Below, one piece after another: positions 13,899 to 25,067 of a stretch of 64,000 bases of DNA; within the stretch, counting starts at the first letter, position 1; each line of letters begins with the position of its first letter. This stretch comes from Octopus sinensis (lineage: Eukaryota): contig NC_043004.1 of NCBI RefSeq assembly GCF_006345805.1, positions 66,712,001-66,776,000 of the forward strand, written 5' to 3'. The position numbers and the translations under genes are program-made. Below the pieces are notes generated by a model. The model had not been told where the DNA came from, ran no database searches, and was given only the letters and a program-made list of their open reading frames with translations.

Positions 13899-13936
<38 letters not shown>

Positions 13937-16118
13937 TACGATGTATTTTCAAAATGGTTAGTATTCCTTACTAAACACAAAATGATCATATGTAGAGTAA
14001 TCCTATTTTTGTTAATATGTCGTCAAAGATTGAGTCCATTTCATTTGCATTACTGAGACACTTTATATGCAAGCTGAATAAAAGAAGTATGATCTTTGTT
14101 TGTATAACATGCAGTTATTTAATTAAATATTGTTATATACAAAATGAAAGCTATGCAGAGCGATCCGAGATGTACATAGATAATAGTAATATAATGTTAG
14201 TGTTACTCACGTTAAAGCAATGGCCACATACATACAAACATGCCGCATCGAATTTGCTTCGTCGTAACTTGCTTAAAGGTGGATATATTAAAATGAATGT
14301 TCGTACAGATATGCTTCAGATAATGTATATTCTCATTATATCTGAATTGAGGGTGAAGACAATGTGAACAGACGGTCTCAAAACTCGGAGAAGATATCGG
14401 AAAATTAGTTATTTTTGAAGGAAGATTTCGACAAATACTAACCGACTGTATAGATTACAATTATATCAGATTAAAATTATATGCAAATATAAATTGGCGG
14501 GTTACCAAATATAAATGCTGACATTCATCACTTTTCCAAAAACATACTATCATATGAAATTCCAATAGGATCCGAATATACAGCGTATCTACACCATCTG
14601 AAGTGTATTTGTGGAAAATTTCATTAAGAATATCCATGCGTCTAAAAGTCATTAGGAAAGAAATTCGGTGGGACACGTAAGTGTAGGCATGATTCATTTG
14701 ACTCTGGCCGGTTACTGTATATCATTGCACAATCGTTACAGGAAGTCCATACTAAACATATCTCATTGTAAATACAGTATATGTATGTGTGCGTGCGCGC
14801 GTGTGAGTGTGTTTGTGTCTGTGTCTATCTGTTTGTGTGTGTTCGTGTGTGAATTCTAATCACCGAATAACATACGGAGCATCTGACGTCTGTTTGATAA
14901 TATTCTTCGCGGTATAAAGAGATATTTTGTATGTTTGTTTTTCTAGTCCCTATAAACTTTCTCTGATCTGAGTATTATTTTTCTCGATTTTATTATTTCG
15001 AAAATTTCTTTTAAGATTTAATTACACAGTAGTTTCATCAATTATCAGTATAACTACTTTTATAGACAATTCTTCTGGAATTAGGTGACGCATGTGCGAA
15101 GCTTTGGATCATTATTTGAATGTAAATGTGGAAATAATTTTTCAAACATAAGGTACAACTTATCCATATTTCTCTGACATTCACCTTAGAAACATGTGTC
15201 ATTCTATTTGTAAATCAATTACAATATCATCCTCATTAATCATACGTGTATTAAATATTTTAAAATCTTTATTTGCACAAGAGAGAAGACTTGTTGTGAC
15301 ATGATAAATATATAGAAAGCGTGAATCATATGCATTTGCCAAGATTTTGCAGCACAATTGTGTGCGGGATCTAGCTTTACATATTCTTTAATGAAATATA
15401 TTTCAATTTTCAATAAATAACAATAAAATGTCTTTACACTTTAACAATAATACAACAGTGAACGAAAGAATTGCAATGGTTAAAAGTCATGAGTCGGAAG
15501 GAAATGGTTCATCACGAATGTATATGAATATTGTACACAAGCAAAATAGGGAAATAACGAAAGCAGCCGTATTAGACGGTTTCTCTTTCTGAATAACTGA
15601 AATGCTGCAATTCCATTTCTTGGACGATGAAAAGCTATTTATAAGAATATCGTATGCAAGCAAGGGTAATTTTTTATGGAAAATGTTAAGAGAAATCGAA
15701 AGAATACTGACAATAATTTGCCTCTTACCCTCCTCCTTTTCTCTTTTTTTCTTTATTCCTTTAAGTTGTGTTTTTCTCTTATAATCCTGCGCATTCGCTA
15801 TCATGTTATCTCCTTCACTCATCGAGGCAATTGAGAAGGATACAGATATTAGGAAAAACATTATACTTCACACCTGTTATGCTTTTTAATTAGTAATAGC
15901 AAATATAGTAAGCATATATTATTTTTATATGAACGATATGAATACGACTAACGTAGGAAATCGTTTCGAGACCATACATTCCTTAATTGCCGGGGAAATA
16001 TTTTTAGCTTGTGAGCTGAAACTAGATAAAATTTTTTTTTTTTTTTAAATGTACATATGATTTTGTATCAGTGTGTATCACAATAATAAAATAAAATTGA
16101 AAATTGAAAGCCAGATCA

Positions 16119-16166
16119 CCCCCGGATCACATCTGATTTCGAACTGTTAGTTCTCATCAGTGAACA
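16119..16166 (-). ncRNA. type-I hammerhead ribozyme motif with intact catalytic core
   Basis: Reverse complement: CTGATGA-GAACT-AAC-AGTTC-GAAA-TCA-GATG-TGA-TC; stem II 5 bp, stem III 4 bp, AUC cleavage triplet; stem I pairing is weak. Confidence 0.7.
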
Positions 16167-16688
16167 TCACTGCGCAGAGTTATAGGATTTATTCATCTCA
16201 ACCAGTGTATATGATGAGCGTTATTAATGCCGCAGCAAATTTTAAAAAGTGATCGAAGTGAATAAAAATTAATTAAATATATATGAATTAGAGTGGTTTA
16301 GCATGCCTGAAAAACTTATATCGGTTTAAAATATTAATTAAAAATTAAGGGTACTAGTAAGCACTACCAGTATGTTGACATAGCAGTCAAACTGGCCAAA
16401 CCACTGACTCAACTTCGGTCGTTCAAGGAACAGATGGAAATAGTCAACTTTGTAATGCAAAAATAGATGAGGAGAGAGATGGGGAAACAGACGGACGCAA
16501 GAATAGATAGAAAGACAGAAATAATGAAGCGTAGCTTAAATAAGGAGTCCGTAGACAGACATACATGTCTCGAGAGCGTGTGACGGAATCAGCGTCATTA
16601 TATGTGTTCATGAGAGAGATTGTGTGTATGCATTGGTATAAATGAGTATGAATTTGTGTTTGTTTATGCGCGCGTGTGTACGCGTGGT

Positions 16689-16735
<47 letters not shown>

Positions 16736-16795
16736 CAAAATGGTACGTGCGCCGCTATATATATATAGTTATCTTACCGTTTTACCAATATATAT

Positions 16796-16838
<43 letters not shown>

Positions 16839-16860
16839 TAGATGTAGATATATATGTAAA

Positions 16861-17084
16861 TAAAAACAAACTGGGACAAGAACGCAAAACATTTAGAAGA
16901 CGATACAAAAAACACGGAGCCTTCAATCTTCAGTCAAGAACCGGATCATCCTCGCAATTTCGGCTGATTAATCTTGAGGATGATCCGGTTCTTGACTGAA
17001 GATTGAAGGATTCGAATGTTCCGTCCGTGTTTTTTGTATCGTCTTCTAAATGTTTTGCGTTCTTGTCCCAGTTTGTATTTTTTA
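16861..17084. repeat. fold-back palindrome, arms about 93/108 bp, 22-nt spacer
   Basis: CAAACTGGGACAAGAACGCAAAACATTTAGAAGACGATAC...GGATCATCCTC is mirrored by GAGGATGATCC...CTTGTCCCAGTTTG; the left arm lacks 13 nt. Confidence 0.9.
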
Positions 17085-17098
17085 CACACACACACACA

Positions 17099-17129
<31 letters not shown>

Positions 17130-17140
17130 CACAAATATAT

Positions 17141-17177
<37 letters not shown>

Positions 17178-17317
17178 TTGTGTGTGTGTATATTTGCCTT
17201 TGTGCGAATTCGTTACAACATTTTAATTCTCAGTCAAATGATTGATTACAATAATTCCGATGTATTTAGACCTATTTATCATTCTCACATGTATTAAACA
17301 TATTTTGATATATCTGC

Positions 17318-17360
<43 letters not shown>

Positions 17361-17383
17361 TAATAATAATAATAATAATAATA

Positions 17384-17464
<81 letters not shown>

Positions 17465-17466
<2 letters not shown>

Positions 17467-17980
17467 GAACCATCAAGGCCAGTAAACCAGATATTGTTGT
17501 GAAAGACCAAAACAATAAAGTTTGCTTATTGATCGACATGAGCATCCCCTGTGATCATAATATCTCAGCGAAAGAGTTTGACAAGCTCAGAAAATATAAA
17601 GACCTACTCATTGAAATTGAGAAAATGTGGCATCTCAAGACGGTTACAATACCAGTGATCGTAGGAGCACTAGGAATGATCAAGAAGGGAACCGAAAATT
17701 ATATGAGAATGATCTCTGGCTTACCATCCCTGGAAGAAGTGCAAAAGATTGTCTTAACTGATACATCACACGTATTGAGAAGAGCATTGTCGATGTGAGA
17801 ACTGTTGCTGCTCATGTAATTTAATTTAACTTAAAAAAAAAATGAACGAACTATTGAGTTTGGTTTAATGGCCTACCAATGTATACTATGAGTTTCTTTG
17901 CCCTAGGAGACGGGAAGACACTCGGCAAGAAATGGAAGCAAATTTGAAAGAAGAAAAAAAGTAATAATATAATAATAATA

Positions 17981-18061
<81 letters not shown>

Positions 18062-18578
18062 TAATAATAATATAATAATAATAACGAACCATCAAGGCCA
18101 GTAAACCAGATATTGTTGTGAAAGACCAAAACAATAAAGTTTGCTTATTGATCGACATGAGCATCCCCTGTGATCATAATATCTCAGCGAAGAGTTTGAC
18201 AAGCTCAGAAAATATAAAGACCTACTCATTGAAATTGAGAAAATGTGGCATCTCAAGACGGTTACAATACCAGTGATCGTAGGAGCACTAGGAATGATCA
18301 AGAAGGGAACCGAAAATTATATGAGAATGATCTCTGGCTTACCATCCCTGGAAGAAGTGCAAAAGATTGTCTTAACTGATACATCACACGTATTGAGAAG
18401 AGCATTGTCGATGTGAGAACTGTTGCTGCTCATGTAATTAATTTAACTTAAAAAAAAAATGAACGAACTATTGAGTTTGGTTTAATGGCCTACCAATGTA
18501 TACTATGAGTTTCTTTGCCCTAGGAGACGGGAAGACACTCGGCAAGAAATGGAAGCAAATTTGAAAGAAGAAAAAAAA

Positions 18579-18580
<2 letters not shown>
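17465..18580 (+). mobile_element. two tandem near-identical 3' ends of an R4/Dong-type retrotransposon (restriction-like endonuclease plus 3' UTR) embedded in (TAA)n
   Basis: KPDIVVKD...LLIDMSIPCDHNISAKEFDKLRKYKDL...IPVIVGALG (PD-D/ExK-type REL domain); units at 17465-17962 and 18084-18580, period about 619 bp. Confidence 0.85.
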
Positions 18581-18673
<93 letters not shown>

Positions 18674-18805
18674 AAGAAGAAGAAGAAGAAGAATAACAAG
18701 AAGAAGAAGAAGAAGAAGAAGAAGAAGAAGAAGAAGAAGAAGAAGAAGAGAAGAAGAAGAAGAAGAAGAAGAAGAACAAGAACAAGAACAAGAACAAGAA
18801 CAAGA

Positions 18806-20215
18806 ATAGATTTACCAAAGAAATAAGCATGAAATTTGGTTTAGAAAAATGTGCCAAAGCAATCTTGAAAAGAGGAAAACTATTTAAGAATAGCGATTAG
18901 ATAAATCAAATGAAATATGAGAATTAGACCCAAGCCAAACATACAAATACTTAGTAATCAATGTACTCGATACGATACAACACATACAAATGAAAGAGAA
19001 GATAAGGAAAGAATTATATAGACGAGTTAGATTAATACTGAAAACAGAGTTCAATGAGAAAAACAAGATAATATATATCGACACCCTAGCTGTCCCAGGT
19101 TTAAGTTACAGTTACAATATTCTTAACTGGACTCTAAATGAATTAATCAATATAGACAGGAAAACAAGAAAGATAATGACATCCTTTAGGATGTACCACA
19201 CAAAATCTGACATAGAACTGTTATATATATACACCTTATCGAAGGTGTTAGATGTCTTATACAGCTTGAAAACTATTACAAAGTAACAACCATAGGACTA
19301 CAGAAACACCTACTTCAGAAGCAAGGAAAACTAGTAAAAATATTTACAAAACACGATCAAAACAAAAAGCTGTCTTCAGCCGTCGAGGAAGCTGAACACA
19401 TATTACCAGACAACAATGAAGAAAACGAAGAAACAACAAAAGCCGTAAGCAAATGAAATCCACACTAAATCTAGAGGTGCAAAGGATCATGATAAAACAT
19501 TGACAAGAAAAGCTGTTTTATGGCAAATACTGGGTTAAACTAAACAGAAAAGAAATAGACAAAGCAAAATCTCAACGATGGCTGAGAAGCTCAAGACTCA
19601 AAGCAGAGACTGAAGGATTTTTAATTGCAGCACAAGATCAAAGCCTTCTCAACAGAAATTACAAAACGCATTTAAGGAAAAGAAATACAAGTGACTACAG
19701 TATATATGGTGATGGACAACAAAATATAAATCATATTGTCTGGGGTTGCCCAGTCCTGGCTAAGTAGGAGTATATTCACAGACATGACAGAGATGGGACA
19801 TATATAGAGTAGAAGTTATGACAACACTATGGAATAGCGACAGAAAAGAGAAAACGTTACAGAAAATGAAAAAGCAACCATACTCTGGGATATGCCAAAA
19901 CACAGATACAGAAATCAAGGGCAAGAAGCCATATATAGTTGGCAGAGATCACCAACAAAAAATGCATTCTAATCGATGTATCAATACAAACAGATGACAA
20001 TATTTCTCTAAAAGAAACGGATAAACTTTCATAATACGAACATCTGGAAATAGAGTTAACTTCAATGTGTAGTCTAAAAGCACAATCAATTCCTCTCATT
20101 GTAGGCGCATTAGATATGATAAAAAAATATTCAGATAAATACATAACAAATACATCAGTACTAAAAACTATATATAAAATAAGGAAAATAGCACTATTAG
20201 GCACCGTACACATAC
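18806..20215 (+). mobile_element. degenerate R4/Dong-type non-LTR element (RT thumb, zinc finger region, REL)
   Basis: MKFGLEKCAK; ORF 18990-19286 (LAVPGLSYSYNILNWT...IDRKTRKIMT); LKAETEGFLIAAQDQSL; HIVWGCPVLA...HRHD; IPLIVGALDMIKK. Confidence 0.85.
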
Positions 20216-20430
20216 GAGCATCACAAAAAACAATAGCACATACCCATAGCTCGCAGATCTGCGCTCGGTAGTGCAGTGAAAGCACGTGATAAAAATAAAA
20301 GCACTGAATTGTAATAAGAACAAAAACAACAACAATAATAATAATAATAATGAATAATATTGATGATGATGATCATAATAATGATAATGATAATAATAAT
20401 AATAGTAATAATAATAATAATAATAATAAC

Positions 20431-20461
<31 letters not shown>

Positions 20462-20525
20462 TTCTAATAATAATAATGTAGATATTAATAATAATAATAA
20501 TAATAACAACAACAGCAACAACAAT

Positions 20526-20601
<76 letters not shown>

Positions 20602-20770
20602 GCGAAAAATACCTTAAAAATGAGAACCCAGGTTCGAAATTTCCGTAAGACACCTAATGAATGCTGGAGGGCATATCAGCCTAAAAGTGTTAACAGCAAA
20701 CAAGATGAGGACACAAATATTCGTAAATAATGTAAATATAAATAATGAAAATAATGTAAATAATGTACTT
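20602..20770 (+). mobile_element. short repeat carrying a degenerate hammerhead ribozyme, copy 1
   Basis: AATACCTT...GAGAACCCAGGTTCGAAATTTCC..AAGACAC-CTAATGA-A-TGCTG...CAGCC-TAAAA-GTGTT; homologous to 22891-23050; preceded by (TAA)/(CAA)n. Confidence 0.6.
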
Positions 20771-21032
20771 TCAATAATATCCAGTACAATAAGCTGAGAG
20801 CTTTCATGAAATAATAATGCCAGTAAAAACAACAACAACAATAATAATAGTAATCTTGTCCGGAAATTTCTGAGTGTTTTGCAGCTAAATTATTTGACGC
20901 TTCGTTGAACACACCTGAAACGTAACACGGTTAAAACTTTCAAGTTGCTTGAAGTGGTAGAGCATCTCTACTTTGTTCCTGTCTAAAAATAGATTTGTCT
21001 TTCATCCCGGCTTCCTTTTATTGACTTTTGAA

Positions 21033-21990
21033 ATGGTTAACCAAAAATCTCATATTCACGTTGCAATAATTTTCTTTGTTCAAAAAAGGAGAAAATACTG
21101 CAAAGTGTTGCAAACGCATTTCTGAAGTTTATGGTGATGATGGTTTAGGTGAGTCAACTGTTCGAAGATGGTTTGCAAAATTTAAAGCTGGATAGTTTAA
21201 CTTGAATGATGATAGTCTCAGTGGAAGACACTCAAAACGGAATGAAGATGTTTCGAAGGCAAAAATCAAAGAAACGCAAAAATCACAACTAGAGAACTTG
21301 CCGAGGAGTTGCAAGTTTCTAAAAGTATGTCTCGTGAACAGCAGCTGAAGCTAGGATGCATTTCTCGCTATAATGAATGAGTCCCTCTCAAACTCTCAGA
21401 AAAGAATGGATTGGACCGGTATTCCGTTTATGATTTGCTTCTGAAACAGAATGAAAAGGTGCTTTTTTGAAACAATTTGTGACTGGAGATGAAAAATCGA
21501 TTGTATACGAGAACGTAGAGCGAAAACGATCCTGGAGTTTGGTTAATGATTCCTTCAAAACAGCAGCCAAAGACGATTATCCATGCAATAAAAGCTATGC
21601 TTTGAGATCATTCAGACATTTTTTATTATGAGTTTCTCACACAACACCAGACTATTAATTAGTCAGCTGGCTAATTTGAACCAAAAAAAAATCAAAGAAT
21701 TGAGGCCGGACATTGCCAACAGGAAAGGAGTAATGTTCCAGCAAGACAATACCCTACATCTTATACCATCCACCATATACTCCTGATGTTGAGCCATCCA
21801 ACTACCAATTGTTTTGTCTCTACAGAATTCATTGGAAGGAAAAATTTAATGATTTAGATGGAATCAAAGTGCATATAGATGACATTTTTCTTCAAAACCA
21901 GTCAAATTCTAAGCTGATGGAACATTTAAATTACCTAAAAGATGGGTAAAGGTCATTAATAATTACGGAAATTATTTGATTCAATATAAT
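21033..21990 (+). mobile_element. degenerate mariner (DD34D) transposase
   Basis: VYGDDGLGESTVRRWFAKFK, VTGDEKSIVYENVERKRSW, MFQQDN, HPPYTPDVEPSNYQLF; many stops and frameshifts. Confidence 0.85.
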
Positions 21991-22597
21991 TTATTGAAAG
22001 GTCTATTATTTATATCCCATTTTGCATATTAAAAATGGTCAGAACTGTCCGGGGAGACACAAGGCTTGAAGTTTCGCCTAAGGCGGAGGAAAGTCGACCC
22101 CAAAGCTCAAGTAGCTCTTATTTTATCGACCGCATCGGTGGTATTTGAACTCTTAACATAAACACAGAAGAAATGACCTTGAGTATTTTGTCAACGCTGC
22201 CAGCTCTCATCCTTAGTCATAATAATGATATTTCACTTATTATTAAATATTCCTACTAATAATAATGATGATAATGGTTCTTGTTGGTATTGTTGTCGTT
22301 GTTATTAATTTTAATCTGCGCGTTTGTTACAATCACTCGCCTTGACACACCCAGTGTCCTAGAGCGAGTCACGTATGACTGAAAGTTTGGGGTGAGCGTA
22401 TGGCAGAGGTAGTAGCGAAATATCTTCATGTAATACAGCACATACATTTAAATTGCTAGCGTTTTTCCAAGAATAGGGGTAGTATTTCTCAGCACAACTT
22501 TTGGATTTCTCCGCGACATGGTTCTCCTGGGATGTTGTCTAGATGCTTCTGACATCTCTTTCTTATCATACTAAAAGCACCCACAATAATAAGAACA

Positions 22598-22659
<62 letters not shown>

Positions 22660-22660
<1 letters not shown>

Positions 22661-22753
22661 CAGGTCATTGCCTGGAATCAAAGGAACTAGGAATCTTGGC
22701 TTAGTAGCCCGCGCACTTAACCCTAAGATTCCGAGTTTGATTCCAGGCAATGA

Positions 22754-22758
<5 letters not shown>
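22660..22758. repeat. 99-nt hairpin with a tRNA-like A/B-box core, flanked by (TTA)n and (TAA)n
   Basis: TCAGGTCATTGCCTGGAATCAAA is mirrored by TTTGATTCCAGGCAATGACCTGA; the core contains TGGCTTAGTAG and GAGTTTGATTCC. Confidence 0.75.
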
Positions 22759-22820
<62 letters not shown>

Positions 22821-22830
22821 TAATAACAAC

Positions 22831-22874
<44 letters not shown>

Positions 22875-22890
22875 CAACAACAACAACAAC

Positions 22891-23050
22891 ATTGAAAAAT
22901 ACCTTAGGAATGAGAACCTAGGTTCGAAATTTCCCCAAGACACTTGATGAAGGCCGGAGAGTATATCGACCGAAAGGCTAGAGAGTATATCAACCGCAAC
23001 AACAAACAAAACGATGGCAAATATCTGTCAAATGTAAATAACGTATACAA
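22891..23050 (+). mobile_element. short repeat carrying a hammerhead-like motif, copy 2
   Basis: GACAC-TTGATGA-A-GGCCG...CGACC-GAAA at 22944-22975, followed by a short internal duplication. Confidence 0.6.
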
Positions 23051-24393
23051 CATAGCGATTTTAATTTTATACTCTCACAATTTCAGTACCGGCACCTGCT
23101 ATAGCCACAAGCCCTGAATTTTGACCTTGGTACTACGCCAAAAAAGGATGCAGAAATTGAACTCAAATATAAAGCCAGCAGAAATACTACGTAGTATTTT
23201 GTCCTTTGTGGAATGACTGCTCACCACATTAATACACCTATATGATAGCAATCACAACACATATAACACTTAAACTGAAGTACGATATAGGTTTTAAGCA
23301 GATATGCAGAACATTTTATTTGAAACTGAGACACATCAATTTAAATATAGGCAGGATGTGACATCGTAATAATCACAAATACCAAACAAATGAAATATAA
23401 AACTCTCTCACAGTTTAGACATATATATACAACTTATTGTCTTGTATACTATAGAGAATTATAAGCAATATGGGAGTATTTACCACATAGTGGGAGCATG
23501 ACATTTTAGAGTAGATTTATGGACACTTTGCTTTAAACTATACCATTATTATTTCTCAATGCAAAATAGTAAACACTCCCTATTGATATAATGCTAAATG
23601 CCAGGTCATATTGAGTGAAGTAGTTTAAAGATTTCCACTCTCTTACAGACAATGAACCTTAATCATCTGTACGAACGTTATTCGTAAAAGCATAAAAATT
23701 TGAAGCTTAGTGAAAAGCATACTGATTACTACCGCGAGAAGAATATTAGTATGAACATGCTCCCAGTGTGGATAGCAACTTTTAAAATTCACACTGCGTT
23801 CAGTCATAAACAGCATGCGTGTTTACACTAAATATACCATGTATCAATGATAGAAAGAACGCGCAGAATATGCTATGTGCTTTGGCATAAACTTTTTTAA
23901 ACGTTTAAAATTAAGAACGTTTCGTAATATGTCAATTTAAACAAGACGCAATGCATAATAAATATTATGAATGTATATAGTATAACCTAATTTAAGTACG
24001 TAAATAAAGTACCATATTCATCTATAAAAATGTCCCAACGAAATAGTTCTTAGAAGATTCGTAATTTTTCGACTTACTGGCCGTCATTAGATTCTTGCTA
24101 ATTTTGATTATTCAAGCTTTAAACATAACATTGTTTTTTTCTTTTATGTAGGGAGCAGGCACATGTAATTGTTGGAGCGATGTGTATGCAAATGCAAAGT
24201 ATATGTGTGGTTACTTAGCAACCTGGTTATTTTAAATTAAGCTCCCACCCGTCAAAAATTAGTAATATCTTTTGTACGCATGCCTCCCACCATAGTTACA
24301 GACTGATTAATGCCTTACCATTCAAACTGTAAGTAGAGCTGAAGAGCTGGATTGACATGTGCCAGACAAAAGCACTTGCTTACATTAACTTTC

Positions 24394-25067
24394 GGATCCT
24401 CTCCTTTTGAACGGCAGTTTGTAACATAATTTCTAGGTAACTAAAAATTTTTAAACTTCGTATATTGGTAGAGTGTGTTTATAAAACATCATTTTCTCTT
24501 GGCTTTATTGAGAAAATTCTATAGGTTGTAACATATTTCGTCTAAAATTTCGAGCATTTCGGCAATTTTAACCAATCAGTTACCTCCATTGACGTAAATA
24601 ATATTATGTGCGTAATGAATATGTCCCTCCTTTAAGAAACAGATTTGCTTTATTTACATTTGTGAAGAAAAAAGATACCCTTCCCCAACCCCTACCTTCA
24701 CCCTAAAACACTAACTCTAACCCTAACCCTAACCCTAAGGGTTAGAGTTAGTGTTTTAGGGTTAGGGTAAGGGTAGGGGAAGTGTATCTCTTTTCTTCAC
24801 AAACGTAACTAAACCCAATCTGTTTCTTAAACAGGGACATATTCATACAGCATGGAATGTTGTTTACGTAAATGGAGGTCAGCGATTGGTTAAAATTGCC
24901 GAAAGGCTAGAAGTTAAAGACGAAATATCTTAAAACCTATATAATTTTCTCAATAAAGCCAAGAGAAAATGATGTTTTATAAGCACATTCTATCAGTATA
25001 CGAAGTTTAAAACTTTTTAGTTACCTAGACATTATGTTACAAACTGCCGTTCAAAGGGAAAAGATCC
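24394..25067. mobile_element. 674-bp fold-back non-autonomous DNA transposon (Merlin-like ends) with telomeric repeats at its centre
   Basis: Ends GGATC...GATCC; 8-bp TSD TAACTTTC at 24386-24393 and 25068-25075; arms inverted over essentially the whole length; centre (CCCTAA)3 then GGGTTAG...TTAGGGTTAGGG. Confidence 0.85.

Noticed and set aside
14017-14367. 116-aa ORF
   Set aside because: No recognisable domain; the length is compatible with chance.
16990-17030. Hammerhead in the 16.9-kb palindrome (CTGAAGA...GAATG)
   Set aside because: No stem II closing pair, GAAA is absent, and there is no stem I or III.
24711-24780. Telomere-telomere fusion scar
   Set aside because: The order is CCCTAA then TTAGGG, opposite to an end-to-end fusion; the tract is short and lies inside a TSD-bounded element.
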